From Candidatus Woesearchaeota archaeon (GTDB lineage Archaea; Nanobdellota; Nanobdellia; Woesearchaeales; GW2011-AR4), in assembly GCA_019323655.1 (NCBI GenBank), contig JAHWGX010000072.1, positions 1 through 52,608 of the forward strand: DNA of 52,608 bases. The letters run 5' to 3'. The stretch's first letter is position 1. Each line of letters begins with the position of its first letter. The notes under the pieces were generated by a model. It saw nothing but the letters and a program-made list of their open reading frames with translations. It did no database searches and was not told where the DNA came from. This document shows, piece after piece, positions 1 to 8,723 of the stretch. The position numbers and the translations under genes were made by a program.

Positions 1-146
1 AAAAGATTTAATAAGTTCTTCCAATCATTTGGGTATGGTAGTAGGTTCTCTTTCATAGATTATCACCAAGATTTCTATGAAATGCCTACTACTTAATGAT
101 TTTTAAAAACACGAAAGTCCAGTTATAGAAAACTTTATAACCTACC

Positions 147-1127
147 TTGATTTTATTTGCCTTGGGGGTTGAAATTGCGTCTAATATAATATTTCTCGGG
201 ACTGGAGGAGACAGCTATGTTGTTGGAAAGCAGTTGAGGGCATCTGGAGGAGTTATACTGCAGATAGGTGATGACCAGTACCATATTGATCCCGGCCCCG
301 GCGCCCTGAACATGGCAAAAGAAACAGGCATTAACCTAAGGGCTAACCTAGCATTGTTTGTGACGCATAACCATATCAACCATGCTAATGATGTTAACGC
401 AGTTATAGATGCCATGACTTATAAGGGATTTGACAAGAAAGGGGTTTTAGTCGCAAACAACACTGTCGTAAACGGAAGCGCGCATTACGAGCCTTTTTTG
501 CACAAGTATTACAGAGACTGCTTGGAGAGGTTCATTGTCCTCGGGGAAGGGAAAAAAGTGGGGATAAATGATGTTGAAATAAGGGCAATAAAGGCAAAGC
601 ATTCTGAACCCAGTGCAATCGGCTTTAAGTTCATTACTCCTGACTACACCTTAACATACACCGGAGACACTGCTTACAGCGTGGAAACCCTGTCAGAGTA
701 CGAGAATTCCAATGTAATGATTTTAAATGTTCCCTGCCTGAAAAAAGAGGAAGCAAGAAACAACTTATGCAAGGAAGACGCAATAAAAATAATAAATAAA
801 ATAAGGCCAAGGCTGGCAATAATAACACATTTTGGCATTAACTTCCTGAAAGCCGACCCTCTTTACCAGGCAAGGGAAATACAAAAAGAAACAAACACCC
901 AGGTAGTTGCTGCAAAGGACGGCATGGTCATAAATCCGATAAGCTATGACATTCAGCAGGGGCAAAAAACTTTGTATAAGTATGCCAAAAAAGAAGGGAT
1001 AAGGCTGCAGGAGTTCAAGCAGCAGGAAGAGAAAGTTAAAGAGATAAACAAAATGATAGAAGAGAATCAGACTGAGCTGGGGAATGATGTTTCTGAAAAT
1101 AACCCGGAAGAATTAGAAAAACAGTAG
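147..1127 (+). CDS. Metallo-beta-lactamase-fold protein with a charged C-terminal tail
   Basis: 326-aa ORF. Motif THNHINHAND is a variant (HxHxNH) of the MBL HxHxDH signature, with later conserved His (KAKHSEP, ITHFG). No ATG near the 5' end, so the start (TTG 147 or TTG 162) is uncertain. TATA-like TTTATAA at 134-140. Confidence 0.6.
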   Translation: MILFALGVEIASNIIFLGTGGDSYVVGKQLRASGGVILQIGDDQYHIDPGPGALNMAKETGINLRANLALFVTHNHINHANDVNAVIDAMTYKGFDKKGVLVANNTVVNGSAHYEPFLHKYYRDCLERFIVLGEGKKVGINDVEIRAIKAKHSEPSAIGFKFITPDYTLTYTGDTAYSVETLSEYENSNVMILNVPCLKKEEARNNLCKEDAIKIINKIRPRLAIITHFGINFLKADPLYQAREIQKETNTQVVAAKDGMVINPISYDIQQGQKTLYKYAKKEGIRLQEFKQQEEKVKEINKMIEENQTELGNDVSENNPEELEKQ

Positions 1128-2015
1128 CACAATAAAATAGCCAACAGCACACCCTGCACTCAAATAAGGCATCGCAGGGTAAAACTTGTCTTTCTTGCCT
1201 TTAACCAGCAAAAACAGCAGCGATAATGTTACAAATACAGGAACTATCATTGCCTTAAGAAACCCTATCGGTTCTGTATTGGTAAGCATCAGCCCTTTCA
1301 TAACCACGCCTGCAAACAAAAGCGGGAAACCTATGTCTCCCCCTCCAAGAACAGCAATCTTTCCTTCCTTCATCTCTTTCTTGATGCCGGCTTTCCTTAT
1401 CATTGCCTTGCCCTTTTTTCTTCTATACGGAATCAAAAGGCCTGCAAAAACCTTGCTTTTCGCCTGGAATTTTGCAAGCTTTACCATATGCCTCGTCTTT
1501 GTAACGGCAATTATGTCATAAACCGAGATTAAAATTAAAAGCATAAATGCAGCAAAAATATTCATGATTGGGACAAATATTGCAGCGAGCCCTCCGTAAA
1601 TAAAAATTTCTGTCAGGTTCTGGATTAGCGTTGTCGGCTTGTATATCTTTATTAACGCAAGCATAAAAGCCAGGATTGCTGCAATTGCCTGCGGAATAAA
1701 AGCGGAAAAGGCAATTGCCATTGTAAAGAAAACTGCAAGGAAAAACCAGAGTTTCCACAATCCGAATTTTCTAAGCTTTATCAAAAGCAGCAGCAGCAAT
1801 GTCCCTATTATAACTGCGCTCATTATCCAGATATAGGAAGTTGACTCTCTTATTTCAGGCCTCTCCAGATTATAAGGCAGGGCTTCAAAAGTAACTTCTC
1901 CTGCCTCAGAAGTCCTTTTGTGGTCAATGTACTCATTGGTTATAGAAAGCCCGATTACCTGCGTTATGAAGAAAATTGATGCCAGCAGGAGGGTTATCTT
2001 AAATGTGTGCTTCAT
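1113..2015 (-). CDS. Presenilin/signal-peptide-peptidase family intramembrane aspartyl protease (A22-like)
   Basis: 300-aa polytopic membrane ORF with the family triad: YD (ISVYDIIAV), GxGD (LGGGDIGFP) and a PAL-like motif (YPAMPYL). Its 3' end overlaps the convergent MBL gene by 15 nt. Confidence 0.7.
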   Translation of the reverse strand: MKHTFKITLLLASIFFITQVIGLSITNEYIDHKRTSEAGEVTFEALPYNLERPEIRESTSYIWIMSAVIIGTLLLLLLIKLRKFGLWKLWFFLAVFFTMAIAFSAFIPQAIAAILAFMLALIKIYKPTTLIQNLTEIFIYGGLAAIFVPIMNIFAAFMLLILISVYDIIAVTKTRHMVKLAKFQAKSKVFAGLLIPYRRKKGKAMIRKAGIKKEMKEGKIAVLGGGDIGFPLLFAGVVMKGLMLTNTEPIGFLKAMIVPVFVTLSLLFLLVKGKKDKFYPAMPYLSAGCAVGYFIVLLFF

Positions 2016-2152
2016 TTATTGTTTAATTTTTCCCTTGTTTAAATATTTATTTAAAGAAATGAAGGGATACGGCAAAACTTTCTTCAGCCAGAGACTGGTG
2101 GATTGATAATCTTTCAAAAAATTAATATAATATGGAATCTTAAGAGCAGATT

Positions 2153-3094
2153 ATGATTGAGATATTGTACCTTGAAGATAAAATAAGAAAGGCGCCTGTT
2201 AAAGATTTGAACAAAATAAAGCGCAAGCCCTTATGGATAGACATATCCGGAATCACAAAAAAAGAACAGGAACTGATTAAAAATGAGTTTAATGTCCATC
2301 CACTGACTGCCGAAGACCTTTTCAACCAAAATGTCAGGATAAAGGTTGAGGAGTTTGAAAAATATTTATTCTGTGTTTTTTATGGCATTCAAAAAATCAG
2401 ATTTGTAGAATTGTTTGAGATTGACTTTATTCTGGGAAAAAACTTCTTAATAACAAACCATAAGAAAGCAATTGCCTCTTTTGAGGATCTAAAAAAGAAT
2501 GGAGAAAGACTCAAGGTTTTATTCAAAAAAGGTCTGGATTTCTTATTTCACAAACTACTGGATCAGGAGGTAGACAATTATTTCCCGGTTTTGGAAAAGA
2601 TTGATGATGACATTGAAAGAATTGAAGAAGAGATAACCAGGAAGCCAAGACCTGAATTGCTTTCCAAAATTTTGAATATTAAGAGAACCATCGTGTATAT
2701 TAAAAAACATGCATTTTCACAAAGAGAAAAAATTTCCTTTCTAGCAAAAAATGAGCATAGGTTTTTATCCGGTAAATTGTTGCCTTATTTTAGGGATATA
2801 CATGATCATGCAATCAGAGTGTCAGATTCGGTTGATAACTACCGGGAAGCTGTAGGAAACTCTTTTGATGCATATATGTCAGCAGTTTCAAACAGCATGA
2901 ATGAGGTTATGAAAATATTAAGCATCATAGCAACTATTGCGCTGCCACTGGGGGTAATATCCGGGATTTACGGTACAAATTTTGATGTGCTGCCGGGACA
3001 GCATATTAGGCATGGTTTTTGGCTTATGATACTGTTAATGCTGGCAATAATAAGCATTATGATATTTATATTTAAAAGAAGAAGATGGTTTTAG
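2153..3094 (+). CDS. corA: CorA-family divalent cation transporter with a GTN variant of the GMN motif
   Basis: 313 aa. Soluble N-terminal domain plus two C-terminal TM helices. Signature YGTNFDVLPG sits where CorA normally has YGMNF. Confidence 0.8.
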   Translation: MIEILYLEDKIRKAPVKDLNKIKRKPLWIDISGITKKEQELIKNEFNVHPLTAEDLFNQNVRIKVEEFEKYLFCVFYGIQKIRFVELFEIDFILGKNFLITNHKKAIASFEDLKKNGERLKVLFKKGLDFLFHKLLDQEVDNYFPVLEKIDDDIERIEEEITRKPRPELLSKILNIKRTIVYIKKHAFSQREKISFLAKNEHRFLSGKLLPYFRDIHDHAIRVSDSVDNYREAVGNSFDAYMSAVSNSMNEVMKILSIIATIALPLGVISGIYGTNFDVLPGQHIRHGFWLMILLMLAIISIMIFIFKRRRWF

Positions 3095-3203
3095 GGCAAT
3101 TGATTCAGCTTTGGAATCTTTCCAAAAACCAGAGCGGTGTTTTCAACAAAAATGCCGAAAAGCAACAGCATATTTTTAAATTCCTGTTAGTTAGCTTATT
3201 GCA

Positions 3204-4256
3204 ATGAGAAGAAAAACCAGAAAAGTCAAGGTGGGAAAATTATATATTGGAGGCAATGCACCAATCACAGTGCAGTCAATGACAAACACAGGCACAGCTG
3301 ATGCAGATTCGACTATAAAGCAAATCCGCGGTCTGGAAGATGCTGGGTGTGAGATAATAAGGGTTTCTGCGCCTACAATAGAGGCAGCAAAATCGCTTGA
3401 GGAGATAAAGAAAAACATAAGCATCCCGTTGGTGGCTGATATTCATTTTGATTACAGGATTGCGTTGGAAGCAGTTAAACACGTAGATAAGCTAAGAATC
3501 AATCCCGGCAATATTGGCAGTAAGGAAAAAATCAAATTAGTGGTTAATGCTGCAAAAGAGCATAATATACCTGTAAGGGTTGGGGTTAATTTAGGCTCAT
3601 TGGAAAAGGATATTTTTGAGAAATACGGCTATACTGCAGAGGCGATGGTGGAAAGCGCGTTGAGGCATGTCAAAATTCTTGAAGAGCTTGATTTTTATGA
3701 TACTGTTGTTTCGTTAAAAGCCTCGGATGTTCCAAGAATGGTTGAGGCTTACAGGATATTTGCGGAAAAAACTTCTTATCCGCTGCATCTGGGGGTTACA
3801 GAAGCCGGAAGCAAATTTCCCGGGACAATCAAAAATTCAATTGGAATGGGCATACTGCTTTCAGAAGGCATTGGCGATACGATAAGGGTTTCCCTGTCTG
3901 ACGACCCCAAAGAGGAGATAAGGGCCGGGAAGCAGATATTAAGGTCTTTGGGATTAAGAAAAGACGGAGTGGAAGTAACATCATGCCCGACATGCGCAAG
4001 GACAAACATTCCTGTCATAAAAATAGTTGAGGAAATTGAAAGCAAAACAGAGAAAATAAAAAAGCCCATACATGTCGCGGTAATGGGCTGCGCTGTTAAT
4101 GGGCCGGGAGAATGCAAAAACGCTGATTTGGGAATTGTTGGCGGTGCTGGAGACACTAATTTACTGTACAAATCAGGAAAAATAATCGGCAAGGTTCCAA
4201 AAGAAAAGATTGTTGAGAGTTTGTTGAGGGAAATAGAAATTTTAGCAAAGGAATAG
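3204..4256 (+). CDS. ispG: 4-hydroxy-3-methylbut-2-en-1-yl diphosphate synthase (IspG/GcpE)
   Basis: 350 aa. N-terminus KVKVGKLYIGGNAPITVQSMTNT is typical of IspG. C-terminal Cys ligands are present (SCPTCAR ... GCAVNGPGE). Confidence 0.9.
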   Translation: MRRKTRKVKVGKLYIGGNAPITVQSMTNTGTADADSTIKQIRGLEDAGCEIIRVSAPTIEAAKSLEEIKKNISIPLVADIHFDYRIALEAVKHVDKLRINPGNIGSKEKIKLVVNAAKEHNIPVRVGVNLGSLEKDIFEKYGYTAEAMVESALRHVKILEELDFYDTVVSLKASDVPRMVEAYRIFAEKTSYPLHLGVTEAGSKFPGTIKNSIGMGILLSEGIGDTIRVSLSDDPKEEIRAGKQILRSLGLRKDGVEVTSCPTCARTNIPVIKIVEEIESKTEKIKKPIHVAVMGCAVNGPGECKNADLGIVGGAGDTNLLYKSGKIIGKVPKEKIVESLLREIEILAKE

Positions 4257-4269
4257 CCTCTGTAATTTT

Positions 4270-4584
4270 TTATAGTTTAGCAACTACTTTCTTCCTTTTA
4301 TTTAACGGCTCTACAACCAAAGTGTCAAACAAATCAGCCATTTTCTTTGCAAAGGGATTCGCAAGGTTTAGCTTATAGAGTTTTGCATTACCTATATCCC
4401 TTGTATGGCTTACTATCCCTAACTCCACAAAATCATTCCATATTCTGAACAAAGTTGTCCTTCCAATTCCTGCGCCTTCGGCTATGTCAGAAATAGAGTA
4501 ATCCAGCTCCCTGCCTTCTATCAGAAACTCCAAAACTTTTATTTTTGGCGTGTTCCCAATTGCTTTGGTAAACATTGTTTCCAT
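4270..4584 (-). CDS. Small winged-helix DNA-binding protein, copy 1 of a duplicated module
   Basis: 104 aa. LEFLIEGRELDYSISDIAEGAGIGRTTLFRIW...GNAKLYKLN is wHTH-like. It is a clear paralog of the ORF at 26734-27066. Confidence 0.6.
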   Translation of the reverse strand: METMFTKAIGNTPKIKVLEFLIEGRELDYSISDIAEGAGIGRTTLFRIWNDFVELGIVSHTRDIGNAKLYKLNLANPFAKKMADLFDTLVVEPLNKRKKVVAKL

Positions 4585-4606
4585 AAAAACAGTAGTATTA
4601 TAGCAA

Positions 4607-4628
4607 ATATTTAAATGTTTCTATTTTG
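4607..4628 (-). promoter_or_regulatory. Conserved promoter core of the wHTH gene (BRE/TATA-like), identical to 26691-26712
   Basis: Read on the minus strand it is CAAAATAGAAACATTTAAATAT and contains TTTAAATA. It ends about 22 nt upstream of the ATG at 4584. The same 22-mer occurs in the same orientation upstream of the paralog. Confidence 0.6.
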
Positions 4629-4644
4629 GAACGTATATGTTCCA
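4627..4644. promoter_or_regulatory. Inverted repeat TGGAAC-N6-GTTCCA between the divergent promoters (candidate operator)
   Basis: 6-bp perfect arms with an AT-rich 6-nt spacer. It lies between the wHTH promoter core and the TATA-like box CTTTATAAAT (4659-4668) of the + strand small gene. Confidence 0.4.
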
Positions 4645-4689
4645 TATTCAGAGTAAAACTTTATAAATAAAATTACTGTTCCTGTTTTA

Positions 4690-4947
4690 ATGGATAAAAT
4701 TTTTGTCATGAAAAGGTTTTTAAGAAAACTAATCAATCTTGATATATGGGGTGGAAGGCATACAGAGTTAACCAATTTAAAGAAAGCAATACCTAAACAT
4801 CTCAGAGGGGAAAAAGTCACTGAAGAGGCAATTAAGGAACTTGCCAATAAAGAGCTTATAACGACGAAGCAATCAACTGGAGAAATCCATATTTCATTAA
4901 ACTCAAAAAAGCAGCAGGAAATTTATGATTTCATAAAAGAAAAGTAA
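4690..4947 (+). CDS. Small (85 aa) uncharacterised, possibly DNA-binding protein, first gene of the dxr operon (copy 1)
   Basis: Paralog of 26349-26621. Shared pattern: GG.HTE...PKHLRGEK...AIK.L...KQSTGE.H.SLN. Its stop is 1 nt before the dxr start. Confidence 0.5.
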   Translation: MDKIFVMKRFLRKLINLDIWGGRHTELTNLKKAIPKHLRGEKVTEEAIKELANKELITTKQSTGEIHISLNSKKQQEIYDFIKEK

Positions 4948-4948
4948 G

Positions 4949-6130
4949 ATGAAAAACCTGTCTATATTAGGCTCTACGGGAAGCATTGGGATGCAGACAT
5001 TGGAAATAGTAAAAAACAATCCTGGCAGGTTTAAAATTATTGGCTTGACTGCAAATAAAAATATCGGGCTTCTTAAAAAGCAAATCAATGACTTTGATCC
5101 GGAGGCAGTTGCGGTAATGGATGTTAAAAAAGCCGAAGAATTAAAGGAAAAAACTGATGTTAATGTCTATTCCGGGATTGATGGAATAATAAAAATTGCA
5201 AAGCTGGGTAAAACAGATACCGTCATTAACGCCCTTGTCGGCTCTATAGGGGTAAAGCCTACAATTGAAGCCATAAAAACAAAAAAAAATATTGCTCTGG
5301 CTAATAAAGAAACTTTAGTTACTGCAGGCTCTATAGTAATGGAAGAGGCAAAAAAAAATAATGTGAATTTAATGCCTATTGATTCCGAGCACAGCGCAAT
5401 ATTCCAATGCCTGAATACGCTCAATATTAAAAATATAATAAATAATAGTGAGATTAAAGATGAGGTAAGTAAAATAACCATAACTGCTTCCGGCGGCGCT
5501 TTCAGGGATTATTCTAAAGAACAACTGGAAAATGCAACAGCAGAAGATGCCTTAAAGCACCCGACATGGGATATGGGCAATAAGATAACAATAGATTCTG
5601 CAACTCTAATGAACAAGGGGTTTGAGGTTATTGAAGCTCATTATTTGTACGGTATGCCTTACGAAAAAATTGATGTTGTAATACACCCCCAAAGCATAAT
5701 TCATTCCTTGGTCGAGCTTAAGGACAATGCGGTTATTGCCCAGTTGGGAATCCCCAATATGAAAATTCCGATTCAGTATGCTTTAAGCTGTCCAAAAAGA
5801 TTTAAATCAAATTCAAAAAGATTAGATTTAACAGAAATAAAAAACCTCAGCTTTTCAAAGCCGGACCTTAACTTATTCCCATGCCTGAAATACGCTTATG
5901 ACGCAGGCATTGCAGGGGGAACTTTGCCGGCTGTGCTTAACGCTGCAAACGAAGCTGCGGTTTATGCTTTTTTAGACAACAAAATTAAATTTCTTGACAT
6001 CCCAAGATTAGTAAATAGGATGATGCAGGAGCATAAGATAATAAAAAACCCAAGCTTAAGCCAGATTTTGGATGTTGATGAAAAGGTTAAAGAAGAGACT
6101 GAGAGGGTTATTGAGACCAAGAGTTTTTAA
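4949..6130 (+). CDS. dxr: 1-deoxy-D-xylulose 5-phosphate reductoisomerase
   Basis: 393 aa. NADPH motif ILGSTGSIG; conserved LANKE, DSEHSA and NKG..VIEA blocks. Confidence 0.9.
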   Translation: MKNLSILGSTGSIGMQTLEIVKNNPGRFKIIGLTANKNIGLLKKQINDFDPEAVAVMDVKKAEELKEKTDVNVYSGIDGIIKIAKLGKTDTVINALVGSIGVKPTIEAIKTKKNIALANKETLVTAGSIVMEEAKKNNVNLMPIDSEHSAIFQCLNTLNIKNIINNSEIKDEVSKITITASGGAFRDYSKEQLENATAEDALKHPTWDMGNKITIDSATLMNKGFEVIEAHYLYGMPYEKIDVVIHPQSIIHSLVELKDNAVIAQLGIPNMKIPIQYALSCPKRFKSNSKRLDLTEIKNLSFSKPDLNLFPCLKYAYDAGIAGGTLPAVLNAANEAAVYAFLDNKIKFLDIPRLVNRMMQEHKIIKNPSLSQILDVDEKVKEETERVIETKSF

Positions 6131-6150
6131 TTAAACATGGGATCCCCAAA

Positions 6151-7053
6151 ATGAACAACCTAGAATTGCTATTTGAAGATGTTGAAGATAAGTGGTTGGG
6201 TATGTTATTGAATTATTGCAGAGAACAATTTGAAAAAGTGAAATTGCCTTCACATAACCACTTGCACCATTTAAGAGTGTGGTTAAATGCCAAAGAACTT
6301 TTTCAGGAACTTCAAAAAAATAATGTTGAAATTTCCAAAAATGATATAGAGAAAGCTGTAATTGCAATTTTTTTCCATGATATTGGTATGGTAAAAACAA
6401 TTGAAGTTGAGCATGGAACTGTTAGCAGGCAAATGTGTGAATCATTTTTTGAAAATAATAATCTAAAAAAAATTGAAGGTTTTGATGAAGTTTTGGATGC
6501 AATTCAAAAACATGATGAAAAAGAGTACAGATCTACAGTTTATCATGGAAGTCTGTCTCCAAAGAATGTTTTATCTGTTTTGTGCATTAGTGATGATTTG
6601 GATGCTTTTGGGGCTTTAGGGGTATTCAGATACGCTGAAATTTATTTGTTGAGGAATGTTCCAATTGAAGACCTACCACTAAAAGTTCTAAAAAATCTTG
6701 AAAGCAGATACAAAAATTTTCATAATATCTGCTACTCACATTTAAGCAATTTCACTAAAAAACAAAGAAACAGGTACGAATTAACAAGAAAATTCTACCA
6801 TGATTTGGAAAAAGAGTTAAAGGAGAATAAGTACTCTAAAGAAATTGAGTTTGGTGTTATTGGTGCATTAAATATCTTTATAAGAGAGATTATAGAAGGA
6901 AAAACTCCAATTTTGGAAATAAGTGACAAGGTTTTTAAAACTTCAAATGATGGTTATACAATTAAATTTTTTGAACAATTTAAAAAAGAAGCTGAAGCGC
7001 CATATAAATTATATATTGAAAAGCTGAATCCAATAAAAAACCAAAGAGAATAA
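6151..7053 (+). CDS. HD-domain phosphohydrolase superfamily protein
   Basis: 300 aa. H...HD pattern (HNHLHHLRV ... AIFFHDIGM ... ISDDLD). Embedded in the MEP operon. Confidence 0.65.
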   Translation: MNNLELLFEDVEDKWLGMLLNYCREQFEKVKLPSHNHLHHLRVWLNAKELFQELQKNNVEISKNDIEKAVIAIFFHDIGMVKTIEVEHGTVSRQMCESFFENNNLKKIEGFDEVLDAIQKHDEKEYRSTVYHGSLSPKNVLSVLCISDDLDAFGALGVFRYAEIYLLRNVPIEDLPLKVLKNLESRYKNFHNICYSHLSNFTKKQRNRYELTRKFYHDLEKELKENKYSKEIEFGVIGALNIFIREIIEGKTPILEISDKVFKTSNDGYTIKFFEQFKKEAEAPYKLYIEKLNPIKNQRE

Positions 7054-7080
7054 TACTACTAACAAATTAATCTTATAAAA

Positions 7081-7542
7081 ATGGGAATAAGAAAAGCAAC
7101 ATTGAAAGAGCTTCCATTGCTGGTGAAAATAAACCGCGAATGTGACGACATTGTGCAAAAAAAGCTATTAAGAATGACAGATGAATACCTAACAAAAGAG
7201 TTCAAATGCTTGTTTAATGATAAGAATTATGAATTTTTTGTTTATAACAATACGGGGTTTATACTGTTTAACCACAAGTTCTGTGGAAACAACAATTGCG
7301 AGGTATACTGGCTTGTTGTTTCAAAGCAGTTTCAGGGAAAAGGCATTGGAACAAAATTGATGAAATTCATTGAAAAATACGCGAAAAAGAAAAAATTCAA
7401 TGGAATCTACCTGTATACCCACCCAATCCGCAAAAATACACTGAATTTTTATAAGAAGCTTGGGTACCATAAAGTCAACGAATTTCCTGATTACTACATC
7501 AATGGTGATACATCTTTTTTATTTGGAAAGCGGTTAAAATGA
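7081..7542 (+). CDS. GNAT-family N-acetyltransferase
   Basis: 153 aa. Acetyl-CoA binding motif VVSKQFQGKGIGTKLM. Overlaps the ispDF start by 4 nt. Confidence 0.7.
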   Translation: MGIRKATLKELPLLVKINRECDDIVQKKLLRMTDEYLTKEFKCLFNDKNYEFFVYNNTGFILFNHKFCGNNNCEVYWLVVSKQFQGKGIGTKLMKFIEKYAKKKKFNGIYLYTHPIRKNTLNFYKKLGYHKVNEFPDYYINGDTSFLFGKRLK

Positions 7543-8684
7543 ACTATGCAATCATTGTCGCTGGCGGGAAAGGCAAACGCATGAGGAAAAGGATAAACAA
7601 GCTTTTTCTTTTGTTAAATAAAGAGCCGATAATTGTTCGTACATTAAACGCATTCCAAAACTGCAAAAGCATCAATAAAATAATCTTGGTCATTAATCCG
7701 GAAGACAGGAACAAATTTGAGTCAATAATAAAATCAGGCAGTTTCAGCAAAGTAACAAAGGTTGTTGACGGCGGCATTGAAAGGCAGGATTCTGTTTATA
7801 ATGGAATAAAAGCAATAAGCAATGCAAAAGATGACGATATAATAATGGTACACAATGCAGCAAACCCTTTTGTTGACGAGGCAACTATAGACAGCTGCAT
7901 TAAAGCCACAGAAAAATACAGCGCAGCAGTGGTCGGATTTCCTGCAAAAGACACGATAAAGGTTGTGGAAGACGGCTTCGCAAAGCAGACCATTGACAGA
8001 AAGCTTTTATGGCAGGTGCAGACACCGCAGGCAATGAAATTCTTCCTTGCAAAAAAGGCTTTTGAGCGTGCTTACAAAGACAAGTTTTATGGCACTGATG
8101 ATGTAAGTTTAGTGGAAAGGATTGGCGGCAGCGTAAAAGTTATCTTCTGCCCAAGGGAAAACATCAAAATCACAGACCAGCATGACCTGGCTTACGCAAA
8201 CAAGATGTCTAACGCTTCAAGAATAGGAATCGGCCAGGATTCCCATAAATTTACTGGCAAAAAAAAGCCCCTTATGATAGGCTCTGTCAAAATATCTGAC
8301 AAAAACGGATTTGAGGCCAACTCTGACGGAGATGTCTTGCTGCATGCATTGTTCAATGCCTTGAGCACTGCAATCGGGCTTAATTCAATAAGCTTTTATG
8401 CTGACGATATGTGCAGGAAGGGAATCACTGACAGCAAAAAATACATTGAGTTTATTCTTAATAAAGTTAAGGAAAAGGGGCTTAAGATTGCAAACATAGC
8501 TGTAATGCTTGAAGGCAAGACACCAAAAATAGACGGGCATGTGGAGAAGATTAAATCCGCTCTGTCAAAACTGCTCAAGATAAAAAAGGAGAATATAGGC
8601 ATAGCTGCAACTTCCGGGGAAGAGCTGACGGAGTTCGGCAAGGGAAATGGCATGCAGTGCTTTGCTGTTGCGACTCTGAGATAA
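7539..8684 (+). CDS. ispDF: Bifunctional IspD/IspF (MEP cytidylyltransferase / MEcPP synthase)
   Basis: 381 aa. N-terminal IIVAGGKGKRM matches IspD. The C-terminal 150 aa carry GIGQDSHKF ... SDGDVLLHA, which matches IspF. Confidence 0.9.
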   Translation: MNYAIIVAGGKGKRMRKRINKLFLLLNKEPIIVRTLNAFQNCKSINKIILVINPEDRNKFESIIKSGSFSKVTKVVDGGIERQDSVYNGIKAISNAKDDDIIMVHNAANPFVDEATIDSCIKATEKYSAAVVGFPAKDTIKVVEDGFAKQTIDRKLLWQVQTPQAMKFFLAKKAFERAYKDKFYGTDDVSLVERIGGSVKVIFCPRENIKITDQHDLAYANKMSNASRIGIGQDSHKFTGKKKPLMIGSVKISDKNGFEANSDGDVLLHALFNALSTAIGLNSISFYADDMCRKGITDSKKYIEFILNKVKEKGLKIANIAVMLEGKTPKIDGHVEKIKSALSKLLKIKKENIGIAATSGEELTEFGKGNGMQCFAVATLR

Positions 8685-8723
8685 TCAGCAACATTAATAT
8701 ATAATTAGATATCTAAGCGGATT

